Shown piece after piece: positions 11,252 to 22,832 of a stretch of 64,000 bases of DNA. The notes beneath the pieces are model-generated. The model worked only from the letters and a program-made list of their open reading frames with translations. It did not search any database and was not told where the DNA came from. Every line of letters starts with the position of its first letter. Position 1 is the first letter of the stretch. This stretch comes from Prasinococcaceae sp. CCMP 1430. Lineage: Eukaryota; Plantae; Prasinodermophyta. The stretch lies in the NCBI GenBank assembly GCA_013416795.1, contig RQSC01000002.1, positions 286,603 through 350,602 on the forward strand. Reading direction: 5' to 3'. The translations under genes were made by a program, and so were the position numbers.

Positions 11252-11810
11252 NNNNNNNNNNNNNNNNNNNNNNNNNNNNNNNNNNNNNNNNNNNNNNNNN
11301 NNNNNNNNNNNNNNNNNNNNNNNNNNNNNNNNNNNNNNNNNNNNNNNNNNNNNNNNNNNNNNNNNNNNNNNNNNNNNNNNNNNNNNNNNNNNNNNNNNNN
11401 NNNNNNNNNNNNNNNNNNNNNNNNNNNNNNNNNNNNNNNNNNNNNNNNNNNNNNNNNNNNNNNNNNNNNNNNNNNNNNNNNNNNNNNNNNNNNNNNNNNN
11501 NNNNNNNNNNNNNNNNNNNNNNNNNNNNNNNNNNNNNNNNNNNNNNNNNNNNNNNNNNNNNNNNNNNNNNNNNNNNNNNNNNNNNNNNNNNNNNNNNNNN
11601 NNNNNNNNNNNNNNNNNNNNNNNNNNNNNNNNNNNNNNNNNNNNNNNNNNNNNNNNNNNNNNNNNNNNNNNNNNNNNNNNNNNNNNNNNNNNNNNNNNNN
11701 NNNNNNNNNNNNNNNNNNNNNNNNNNNNNNNNNNNNNNNNNNNNNNNNNNNNNNNNNNNNNNNNNNNNNNNNNNNNNNNNNNNNNNNNNNNNNNNNNNNN
11801 NNNNNNNNNN
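11252..11810. other. Assembly gap (N run) over the PFDN4/NNT divergent promoter
   Basis: N run. Confidence 1.
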
Positions 11811-14800
11811 GCCGCGCGTCGTGTGCCGCCACACGGCCGGCGGCGGCCGCGCATGCCCGGCTGTGGGCGAGCGCGGCTGGCGGCGGGGAGGAGGCCGCCA
11901 CGGGCAAGACGGGCGTGGCCTACCGCCCATGGTCGGAACTCACCGTTGCCGTGCCTCGCGAGCGCGCGAGGGGAGAGGCGCGCGTGGCCATCTCGCCCGC
12001 TGCTGCGGCCGCGCTCGCGAAGAAGGACTTCTCCGTCGCAGTCGAGGCCGGCGCAGGGGCGGGCGCAAAATTCACCGACGACGAGTACGCAGAGGCTGGC
12101 GCGCGGGTGGTGGGCAGCGCCAAGGAGCTCTACGCCGCCGCGGACATCATCGCTAAAGTAAGGCCGCCCACGCTCGCCGAGGTGAGGCAGCTCCGGCCCG
12201 GAACGACGCTGCTCGCGACGCTGCAGCCTGCGGCCAACCCGAAGCTGCTCGACGCGCTCGGCGCGGGCGGCGTGACCGCCGTCGCACTGGACCGCGTCCC
12301 CCGCATCACGCGCGCGCAAGCGTTTGACACGCTGTCCTCGATGGCGAACATTGCTGGTTACAAGGCGGTCGTGCTCGCGGCGGACGCGCTGCCGCGCTTC
12401 TTCGCGGGGCAAATCACCGCGGCCGGCCGCGTGCCGCCTGCGAAGGTGCTCGTCATCGGCGGCGGCGTGGCCGGGCTGAGCGCCATCGGCGCCGCGCGCG
12501 GGCTGGGCGCCGTCGTGCGCTGCTTCGACACGCGCCCCGCCGTCAAGGAGCAGGTGCGCTCGATGGGAGGCGAATTCCTTGAGGTCCCCGGGTTCGAGCT
12601 TGAGGAGGGCGCCGGCGGCTACGCCAAGGCCATGAGCGATGACTTCATCGCGGCGGAGATGGAGCTCTTCGCGAGGCAGGCCAAGGAGGTCGACGTGATC
12701 ATCACGACGGCGCTCATCCCCGGCCAGCCTGCGCCGAAGCTCATCACCAAGGAGATGGTGGACTCGATGCAGGCGGGCAGCGTCATCGTCGACCTGGCCG
12801 CCGAGGCGGGCGGCAACGTCGAGACGACCGTCCACGGGAAGAGCTACACGTATGGCCACGGCGTGACGTGCATTGGGTACTCTGACCTCCCGAGCCGCCT
12901 GCCGCGGCAGTCGAGCAACCTGTTCGGCAACAACGTCGCCAAGCTCCTGGAGAGCATTGGGCCGTACTCCGGGGGGCCCAAGGCGCACTTCGGCATCGAC
13001 ATGGACGATGAGGTCGTGAAGGGCTCCGTGGTGACGCATGACGGCACTGTGCACTGGCCGCCGCCACCGCCACCGACGCCGTCGCCGGTGGCGCCGAAAG
13101 AGCAGGAGGAGAGGCTCGAGGAGGTGGTGCCAGAGCCCGTGGACGTGAGCTTCCGTGACTCGCTCAACGGCGCCATGATGACCACTGGCGGGATCTCGTC
13201 GCTCATGGCGGTCAATTACGCCACGCAGGACCCGGCGCTGATGAAGACCATGGCCATTTTCACGCTCGCGGGCGTGTCCGGGTACCAGACTGTTTGGGGC
13301 GTAGTGCCGGCGCTTCACTCGCCTCTTATGTCGGTGACCAATGCCATCTCTGGCATCACCGCTGTGGGCGGGCTGGCGCTGATGGGTGGCGGGCTGACGC
13401 CCGACACCCCCGTGCAGGCTGCGGGTGCGCTCGCGGCCTTCCTATCTGCGATCAACATCGGCGGCGGCTTTCTTGTCACGCGTCGCATGCTCGACATGTT
13501 TAAGCGCCCCGACGACCCGCCCGATCACAACTACCTCTACGGCATTCCCGCGGCGGCGCTGATCGGCGGCTACGCGGGCGGTATGCTCGCGGGCATTGAC
13601 ATGCACAGCATGGCCTACCTGGGGTCGGGCGTCGCCTGCATTGCTGGCATCGCTGGGCTGTCGTCGCAGACTACCGCGAGGGCGGGCAACGCGCTCGGCA
13701 TGGTCGGCGTTTCAGGTGGCATTGCCACGGCCCTTGGTGCGCTAAGCCCTGACGTGGGCACGTTCACGCAGATGGCTGCGATGCTCGGTAGTGGTGCCGC
13801 GCTCGGGGCCACGTACGCTTCGCGCGTGGGGCCCACAGAGCTGCCGCAGACGGTCGCGCTCGCCCACTCACTGGTGGGCGCCGCTGCTGCCGTCACCTCG
13901 ATAGCCAGCTTTGCTGGCGCGGGCGTCCACCTCGGCGAGGCGGAGGTGGACGCCGCCAGCAGCGCGGTGCACAACGCGGCTGCTTGGGCGGGCACCGCTC
14001 TTGGTGCTGTGACCATGACTGGGTCGCTGGTCGCGTTCGGCAAACTGCAAGGCCTGGTAAGCTCCAAGCCGCTGGACCTGCCCGGCAAGAACCTCGCGAA
14101 CGCAGGCGCCGCGCTCGCCTCTGCAGGCGCCCTCTATGGCGTCATGACGGGCAACAAGGCGCTCGGCTTTGCGGGCATGCTCGCCACCGCGGGCCTGTGG
14201 GGAGGCCTCGGACTTCACATGACTGCCTCCATCGGCGGGGCGGACATGCCAGTGGTGGTGACCCTGCTCAACTCGTACTCAGGGTGGGCGCTCTGCGCGG
14301 AGGGCTTTATGCTCGACAATGACCTGCTCACCATCGTCGGCTCGCTCGTTGGCTCTTCGGGCGCCATCCTCTCCTACATCATGTGCCGTGCCATGAACCG
14401 GTCGCTCCCGAACGTCATTCTTGGCGGCTGGAATAGCGGCGCGAGCAAGGGCGCGGCGATGGAGGTCACGGGCACGCACACCGAGGCTACGAGGGATGAC
14501 GTCATCTCGCAGATCACCCAGGCGAAGGACATCATCATCGTGCCCGGCTACGGGCTAGCGGTCGCCAAGGCGCAGTACGCCGTGGCCGACATGGCGCAGA
14601 CCTTGCGCGACAATGGCATCAATGTGCGCTTCGCGATCCATCCCGTGGCTGGCCGCATGCCCGGCCAGCTCAACGTGCTGCTCGCGGAAGCGGGCGTGCC
14701 TTACGACATTGTCCACGAGCTCGACGAGATCAACGAGGACTTCGAGGGCGCCGATCTGACGCTGGTCATCGGCGCGAACGACACAGTCAACTCAGCGGCT

Positions 14801-15013
14801 CTCGAGGATCCGAACTCGCCCATTGCCGGCATGCCCGTGCTGCGCGTGTGGGACTCTAAAAACGTGGTGGTCATGAAGCGCACCATGGGCACCGGCTACG
14901 CCGCAGTTGACAACCCCGTTTTCTTCAAGGAAAACACCGACATGCTGCTGGGCGACGCCAAGGCCACGTGCGACGCTCTCGCGAGCGGTGTCTCGGCCTA
15001 CTACAAGCGGTGA
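11811..15013 (+). CDS. NNT: Single-chain (alpha+beta) proton-translocating NAD(P) transhydrogenase, mitochondrial; 5' end in the gap
   Basis: [93 protein letters not shown]. Confidence 0.97.
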
Positions 15014-15118
15014 GCGTTGGACCGCGATGCCGGATAATGACACTGAAGTACATTTTTGTTACAATAATGCCCGCGGTGCGGCGCTGGTCCTGGCGCATGC
15101 GTGTGCGCGCTCCGACGG

Positions 15119-17406
15119 CTATCGCTTCTCGAGGTCGCGCATGGCGTACGGCACGAAGCTCAGGCCCAGCGCCTCGAAGATGGCACTCTCATTCTCGCAG
15201 TGCACTGCCTGCGAGTCGTCGGCCTCCCAGATGACCTCATTTGTGGGCCTGCCGTTGTGCAGCTTTCTGTGGACGGGCAACAGCCGTCGATCGTCGAGCT
15301 TCCAGCTGTTGGGAGGCTCCGGCTCGGCGCTGACACTGCCGTCTTTGTGCACCCTGGGTGCATTGGAAGGGAACTGCGAGCATGCGCCTTTGTGTCAGCG
15401 CCAAGCGCGGGAGCAAGGCAGCGCCTGGCGCGCTCGCGCTTGACTCCGCACCTGGTGCATGTGCGCATCCAGCGCCCGCAGGGCCGTGGGATGCACCTGC
15501 GCGTACAGGCGGAGCGCGCGGTTGAAGGACATGCTACTGCAAAAGTACGTAATAGCGAATGGCGCCGCATTCCTTGGATATACCTGGGCGCAGTGTGCCC
15601 ACGCCCGCACGCGCGCGCCAAGCACACGCGCAGAGCGGCGGCTCGTCAGCGCACCGCTCACAGCAGTACCTTGGCTTTGCGCGCGCGCGCGGCGAGCGCG
15701 CGGGCGCGGGCGCTCGCCACCTTGATGTCGAGCCGCACCCACCCAAAGCCTGGCGCATTGCCTGCGCCGCTCCACGAATGCAATGTCTCGCCGTTGGCGT
15801 CACCTCCGCCGCCGATTCCAGGCGAGCGCTTTGTGCTGGCGTTCTCTTCGACCTCGACGACACCGCGCTCCACAAGCGTGCGCAATATGTCGGACAGCGC
15901 TGATGGGGGCGCGTGGGCGTAGGTATTCGGCGGCGGCGGCAGCAGCACGAGTGCGTCGACGTCGCCGCTTTCCGAGGCGCCGCGCATGTACGATCCGAGC
16001 AACATGACCTCGACTCCTCTCCCAACCACACTCTCTGCCGCGCTCCTCACGACCTCGCCGAGCGCCGCAACCGTGGCGCGGGGCACGCGCCTTGCAAAGT
16101 CTTTGAAGTGTCGCAACCCGCAGCGCTGCTGTGCGGTCGGGCGCAGCGCGGCGTCGCTGTTGCTCGCGACGGCCTCGGCCACGGCCTCGGGCGTCGTGTA
16201 GCCCATCTCGCGCCAGCGGCGCGCCGTGGCACCTCCCACGCCCCAAATCGAGCGCAGCACCGTCTCCACGGCCGCGTGGGGGTCGGCTTCCGCTCGCCGC
16301 ACGCGCTCCAGCTGCCCCGTTCGCAGGACCTCCGCGACCTTGTCGCGCGTCTTGGCACCGAGCCTGCGCGCGTGCTCGAGGGTGAATTGTGGGTCATCGG
16401 GGCCCATGCCAAACGGCGGGCCGGACACGAGCGCGATCACCTCGCGCGCAGCCTTGACACGATACTGGTCGCGAATGCGGTCGTAGGATGTGACGAGGGC
16501 CTCGAAGGCCCGCTTGATGCGCGCATTGTCCGTTCCCCCGCCGCAGGCGCCGTCGCTGCCAGAGGCGGCGGTGTGCAAACCCTCGTCGCCCGACCCTTCC
16601 GAGACTTGCGAAGAGGCGCTGCCCCCGTCCGCCGCATGCGTCATTGGCGCCGCAAGGCCGCCGGCCAATTCGGTTACGTCTGAGTGCGCGAAGTACGTAC
16701 TTCGAAGCACGCCCAACGTGGCGCGCGCGCGCGCGTCCAGATCCGCAGTCGCCGACGAGGGCTCCTCGGGCACGTGCTGGGCATGAGCGCCCGGGCCGCT
16801 CATCCGCTCCGCGGGCGGCCCCACGCCCTCACCGCCGCCGCCAGTCCCGGTGGCAATCCGGATGGGACGCTCCCGGGCGCCATCCGGTCGTGGGCGCTTT
16901 GCTGGCGACGGCTCGTCGCCCTCAGGTCGTAGGTCATGCCGTCCATGCTGCTGCTGGTGCTGCTGCTGCTTCTGCTGCTGCTGCTGCGGCGGCGGCGGCG
17001 GCGGCGGTGGCGGCTCCTCGGCCGGGCCCTGGTGCAGCGCTGTTGCTGCCGGGGTAGGCGCTTCGAACTCGAAGTCGGCTTCCGGCAGACGCGTGCCCGT
17101 CACCACGGACTGGACTATCCACTGTGGCGAGACGACGTGCAGCGCTCCGGCGGCCGCCGCGGCGGCGGTGGCGCTGTCGCAGATGCAGTGCGTCCACTCC
17201 TCGTCGCCGTCGGCGCCGTCCGCCGAAGCGACGACGGCGGCCGCCCCGCCCGCGCGCTCGAGCTTTTGCGTACGCCTGCGAACATCCCGCGCCGTCAGGC
17301 CTCCCGCGCCGCCATGGGCCCCCGCGGCGCTGCGCGGCGCTGCCCGCCGAGGAGGCGCCTCGCGCGCGCGCTGTGGTTTGATGGTCGCGAAACTTTGCGC
17401 CCGCAT
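15119..17406 (-). CDS. POLL: Family X DNA polymerase (lambda-like) with N-terminal BRCT; introns 15584-15720 and 15374-15451; 5' end uncertain
   Basis: BRCT (THCIC...VVSPQWIVQS), HhH (SIWGVGGATARRW), GSYMRGASESGDVDAL, RLDIKV, FNRALRLYA, ESAIFEALGLSFVP; exons splice in frame. Confidence 0.9.
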
Positions 17407-17513
17407 ATGCGTTGCGCGCACACTGGCCGGTGGCGTGCAGGCTGGAGCACCAATGGAATGCACCCAAAAAGCTTGAGTTCATGTTTGCTACCTGGTACCT
17501 AGTACTACTCTAG

Positions 17514-18131
17514 CTAGATGCAGCTCGCGCGTGGGCGCACCCGAGCGCACAGGCCATCGTCTGCGTCACTGTCACTCCCAGTGGAGACTGCACCGACTCC
17601 CAGGCGCTTGCGCTCGCGCAATGCCGTGTTGCGGTTGTGCTGGCGTCGCAGAAGAACCAGCTGATGCTGCTGCGCCTCGAGCTGCAGCTTCTGCGCCTCG
17701 AGCTGCTGCTGCTGCGCCTCGAGCTGCACGCGCAGTGCGGCTGCCTCAGAGCGCGCGCGTGCAAGTTTGGCCTCAAGCTCGCTGGTGGGGCTTCCAGTGG
17801 CGATTGGTGTGGGCTCCAGCAGCTGGTGCAGTGACGTGCTCGCGCCTTTGCCAAAGCCGTCGGACGCGCGTTTGATGTGCTCGATGACCTCGTCTTCGCC
17901 CAGACTCTCAGTGTCCTGAATGAACGCTGAATAGTCTTTGTCATGAAAGTTGAGCTGAGCGTCTCTGCCACGGAGGGCAATGACTGCCTTGTCCCGTGCC
18001 TCTGCCGCGGCCACCTCGCTGAAGTAGGAGCCGAGGAAGCGTTGTCTGCCCCCAAGCTTGATGCGCCCTTCCCACTTGAGGCTACAACGTGTGCGTCTCA
18101 CGCCGAGGTAGCCAGATGAGCGGGAAGTCAT
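17514..18131 (-). CDS. AP2/ERF DNA-binding domain protein with short coiled coil (possibly a 5' exon of the Pol X gene)
   Basis: SSGYLGVRR...KWEGRIKLGGRQRFLGSYFSEVAAAEARDKAVIALRGRDAQLNF. Confidence 0.85.
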   Translation of the reverse strand: MTSRSSGYLGVRRTRCSLKWEGRIKLGGRQRFLGSYFSEVAAAEARDKAVIALRGRDAQLNFHDKDYSAFIQDTESLGEDEVIEHIKRASDGFGKGASTSLHQLLEPTPIATGSPTSELEAKLARARSEAAALRVQLEAQQQQLEAQKLQLEAQQHQLVLLRRQHNRNTALRERKRLGVGAVSTGSDSDADDGLCARVRPRASCI

Positions 18132-18315
18132 AGCACCACGCGTCGCGCGCGGTGTGGCAGGCGTGCATGCTCGCCCGCCCGCCCACGCGTGCCCGCACGC
18201 GCGCGCGCAGCGGGGTCACATCGCCACTGATTTCCACATGCGGCTTAATGGTTGGATTTAAATCCAAAAAGAATGGTTCCTCGAAAACGCACCAATGAGG
18301 CACATCACGTGGTCC

Positions 18316-18468
18316 GTGTGTGTGTGCGCGCATTTGTGTGCGCATTTGTGTGTGTGTGTGCGTGTGTGTGTGTGTGTGCGCGCGCGTGCGTGTGTGTGTG
18401 TGTGCGTGCGTGTGTGTGTGTGTGTGCACGCACGCGTGCGTGTGTGTGTGTGTGTGTGCGTGCTCTTT

Positions 18469-18532
<64 letters not shown>
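18316..18532. repeat. Interrupted (GT)n/(GC) microsatellite, ~217 bp
   Basis: Directly visible. Confidence 0.98.
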
Positions 18533-18533
<1 letters not shown>

Positions 18534-18653
18534 CAACCTGTGAGGTCGGCAGCTGAGCTCCCTGCGGCGCGCGCGCGCCGGGGAACGGGTCGAATGCGCC
18601 TCGGCAGGCGGGGGCGCGAGGGGGGCGCGCCCCTCCCCCCCCCGGCGGCGGAG

Positions 18654-18838
18654 NNNNNNNNNNNNNNNNNNNNNNNNNNNNNNNNNNNNNNNNNNNNNNN
18701 NNNNNNNNNNNNNNNNNNNNNNNNNNNNNNNNNNNNNNNNNNNNNNNNNNNNNNNNNNNNNNNNNNNNNNNNNNNNNNNNNNNNNNNNNNNNNNNNNNNN
18801 NNNNNNNNNNNNNNNNNNNNNNNNNNNNNNNNNNNNNN
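18654..18838. other. Assembly gap (N run)
   Basis: N run. Confidence 1.
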
Positions 18839-18906
18839 TGGGCCGGGTGGGAGGGGGAGGGCGCGCGCGCGCGCGCGCGCTCCCACCGGCGGCGAGCGCG
18901 CGCTTT

Positions 18907-18956
18907 TTTCGCGCGCGTTTTGAGATCGTGTGTGACTGGGGGAACGCTTTTCGCGC
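18907..18956 (+). promoter_or_regulatory. Two E2F-like sites (TTTCGCGC at 18907 and 18949) upstream of the 19213 gene
   Basis: Match to the TTTSSCGC consensus in non-coding DNA; the GC-rich background weakens significance. Confidence 0.35.
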
Positions 18957-19212
18957 GTGCGAGCGCGAGCGCCGCGGTGGCGGGCGTGCGCGGGGGCGGG
19001 GGAGCGCGTCGGCGCCGCTCGGCGGGCGGGACGGCCGTGGGGCCGCGGCGGGCGTGCAGCTGAGGCGGGTGAGGGCACGGGCCGAGCCAAGAACCGGCGC
19101 AACGGGCGGGACGCGGCGCGACAGGTGCTGTGACGCACGCCTTAGGTTTTTCGAACGGGGTCACGAGTTTACGGCAGCACGCGAGACCATCGTCAACACC
19201 CGACCGTGAGCG

Positions 19213-22200
19213 ATGGAGGGCATAAATGCCCGCATCGCAGCGATCTTCGAAGGAGGTGCTGCTGCCTCTAAAGCGCCAAGCTCCGCGAACGACCGCGCCG
19301 CCGCGAGTGCGCCGCCGTCGCAGCAGACGCAGCCGCACCCGCAGCCGCACCCGCAGCAAAAGGCCGCATCACTGGCACAGCTGAATCCGCCAGCGGAGTG
19401 CCCGCCGCAGCAGTCGCAGCAGCAAGCTCCACAGCCCGAATCGAACACGCAGCCGCAACATCCCCTGGTGTCGAGAGGTGTTGCGCACCCCACCACGCCA
19501 TCGTCACGCGCCCAGGTGGTGTCGGAGGCTGCTATAGGCAGACAACCCGCTGTGCCAGTCATGTGGACACACACGCAGCCTGGGGCGCCGCACCAGCACC
19601 AGCGGCTGCGCGGACTGGTAGCCGCAACGACGCCAGGCAACGCGCCCGCTGGAACGCCACGGCTCGAAATCCCTCCGATCGCCACTCCGACAGCTGCGCC
19701 CGTCGCTGCCGTGCGAACAGCCGCTCGTCTCGATGGCCAAACGGACGACAACGCCGGTGGCGAGGACTCGTCGGAGACGGAATCTGATGAGGGCTTCTTC
19801 GTCCAGCGCTGCTGCGCGGCGGCCGAGGCCGCCGGCCTCGTTTCATCGCGCGCGCCGCGCGACGGCCAGACGACCCGCCCCAAGAAGAGCGGCCGCGGTA
19901 GCAAGGCGGCGGAGGTGCAGGCCGAGGACGGCCTGGATGAGCGCGGTGGAGCACCCCCGCAGCAGCGGACGCCGAAGACGGCGGCAATGGCAACGCCAAA
20001 AGGCGGGACGACGCATATACAAGCGCCTTTGCCTGCGCGCGCCGAAGCGGATGCGGCACTGCTCGCTGCCTGGAGGCAGACGCCGTGCGGCCCGGAGGTC
20101 ACCAAAAAGAAGGGCCAGCAGCACCAGCAAATTACGGACGGCGGAGACGGAGACGACACGCCAAAGGCGGCGGCGCCTGTCCCCGCAGCGCGGTCCTTGG
20201 CCAAGGGACGCGACAGATTCGAATCGTTGCCGCCACCAACGCGGCCAAGCGGGGTGCACGCTGAAGAGCTGGAGACGCTGACGGTTGCGCAGGTGGCTAC
20301 TCTCCTGTCGCGACCGTCGACACTGGCGCTGCTGATGGGCAAGCACGTGACACAGCGCTCCGCCGCAATCTGCGCTTGGTTTACGCTAGCCGAGCGCGTA
20401 CTGCTGTGGGCGCTCATCCCGCCGCACAAGCCCAAGTCTGGCGCAGATGAGAAGGAAGGCCCGGGCGACACAGCCCCAGGCGCGGCCGCTCGCAGCGACC
20501 GCGGTGAGCACCACGACATCTTTAGCGTCAGCGAAATAGCCGCTCGTCTGTCGACCACGACGTCGTGCGGCTCCGGAGTCACGCGTGCGCTTGGCCAGAA
20601 CGGCGGCATCGACCCGAAGTTGGCGTCGCTGAGCGCATCGGAGGTGAAGAAGGCACATGCATCGCTCAAGGGGAGAGGGTACACCGTCGGCTCCATCGAA
20701 CAGGGCAACTTGGATGTCCCGTGCATCAGCCTGACCATGGAAGGGAGGAAGGTGACTCGCTTGTGCAGTCGTGGCGAAAACGCTGCGAGGGAGGAGCTCC
20801 TGCGACAGGTAGTTTCTGATCCGGATGGAGCCACAGCGGTCAAGCTCGCCTCGGCCAGAGCACTGCTCGCCGCCAGCAGCTTTGGAGGCGGAAAGGGTGG
20901 GAAACGGACACGTCAAACGCAACAGGCCCGCGCAGCAGCGGCAGGTACGGCAGGACCCCCCGCACCCTCCACTACCGCTCGCAGCCGGGGCGGCGCGAAG
21001 AAAGGCAGCCGGCCGTCTGCTCGAAACAAGCGCACGTCGGCGGAGGAGTCCGCTCGTGCCGCGCTGGCGATGCTAGGAGATGCTGTGGAGGTGCTGGAGA
21101 GCAGTGACAGGGGAGAACGCCCAAGCGCCCCACGCGAAGAGCCTATGGTGGCGCTGGCTCGCATTGCTGAGAGCCCTGCGTCCGACTGGCTGGCTCGAAT
21201 GAGGGCGCCAGCCACTCAGATGATGGTACAGGGGCAGCAGCTCCAAGCGCCTGCGCACAGGGCCTTGCCAGGCGACGGCGCCAGCCCATCAGCTTCGGTG
21301 CCTCAGACGAAATCAGCAGCCACTGCTACCGACTTGGCGACACTTGTGCGGGCCAAGTACGAGCTCCGACTTCGGGCCCGGGCGGAGGCGCTAGCAGCAT
21401 CTCCGTACGATCCGCAGCGATCGATCGAGTGGGATGAGTTCCAGCGCGAGCACGCCGAGCAGTTTCGGAAAGATGCGGTTGATACGACGGCCCGCTCGCT
21501 TCTCCCCTCGAGCTCGAAAAGTGCAGCTGCATCTGGCGCGGGGCCGTCCTGTTCTTTCGCTGTTCGCGCCGCCGCTGCCTCAGCAATCGCCGACGCAACC
21601 GCCAGCGCAGCCGAAGGATCGCCGAGGGATAAGCTCTTCGGCCGACGGCCATCCAAGGAGGAGGCCAAGGCTCATCAGCATCGCCTCGACTTGTGCATTG
21701 AGCGCGTGTGGTCAGCCGAGAGAGAGAGGGAGCGCGAGGAGACCACCGCGGCAACTGCGCTAATGTCAGTTCGCATGGACAATTCTGACGCGGGCCGACT
21801 GGTGTCTGCACGAGCCGGTGGACAGTCGCGAGCTGCGCCCGGTAAGGCGACGACGCGCAAGAGGGGAGCGGCCCGCTCTCGAGATGAGAGCGCACCCGAA
21901 GGCCGCCGCGCGTCGGAAGAGGAAAGTCGACCGAAGAGGCAGAAGAAGACGGGGAAGTCTCCCGCCACGGAAAAAGCGTCAGCTGGCAAAGACCCCGCCC
22001 CCAGCGCCACCCAAGTCACCACGCGAGGGCAGCACACAGCAGCTCGTACTGCTGCTCGCAAGTCAGTGCCCCGCGCGGCGCAGCGCGCGGGCCCGCAGGC
22101 CATCTTGCAGCCAATCGCGCCGACTGCCCCGGCAGTACCCGTTACGGGCGCAAGGACAATGACGAGGAGAGCGAGGAAGGCCATCGCTGCGCTGGCAGCT

Positions 22201-22757
22201 GCTGCAGGGTCCTCAGCACTGCAACGCGAGGGCGATGACACAGCGATCGTCACACGGCGCGCAACCGCATCGGAAGCGCAGGCCATGGTGGATGCGGCCG
22301 TGGCGAGAACGCAGCACTCGCCGCGCGATGGCATGCACGTTCCCTTTGAGTCAGATTCTGGAGGCGCACATCTGGCGATGGCTGGCTTCCGCACGCGCAT
22401 GATGAATAGCTACCTCAACCGACATGCCAATGCCTACTCACGGTACGCGCAGCCCGGCCTGCTCGGCGAGACACGCGCAGCCTCCTGGCATCATCGAATA
22501 GACCCGCAACGCGGCGCATTGTCCACCACGCTCACACGCCTGACCGCACCCCTCCCACTGCACCGGACTTTGGGGCGCTTCTGCCCCTCTCGGGGCGCAG
22601 ACTGCCCGAGGCGCTCGAACACGTGCGCGACAAGATGAGACGGGACCAGGCCGAGGCAGACCAGGCCGAGGCTGCTACGCAGGCAGCCGAGCGCAAGGGG
22701 CTGCAGGAGCTGTTCGCGATCGCACAGCAAGACGAGAGCGCGTCAGGTCGCGGCTGA
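19213..22757 (+). CDS. Large low-complexity unknown protein with a putative winged-helix core; intron 22443-22600
   Basis: 1141-codon ORF; GTACGC...GCGCAG intron joins in frame to a last exon LPEALEHVRDKM...SGRG*. Confidence 0.7.
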
Positions 22758-22832
22758 GCGGTATACAGTACGTGTAACCGTGTCGGATTTAACCGAACTC
22801 TTGCAGGCCAGGTTCGGGACAGCGCCAGCTGC

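Noticed and set aside
10617-13318. Long ORFs spanning N runs (also around 18654 and 31389)
   Set aside because: Artefacts of unknown bases being read as X
18252-18923. ORFs of poly-Cys/Val or poly-His/Thr (also 40714-41504)
   Set aside because: Translations of GT/CA microsatellites
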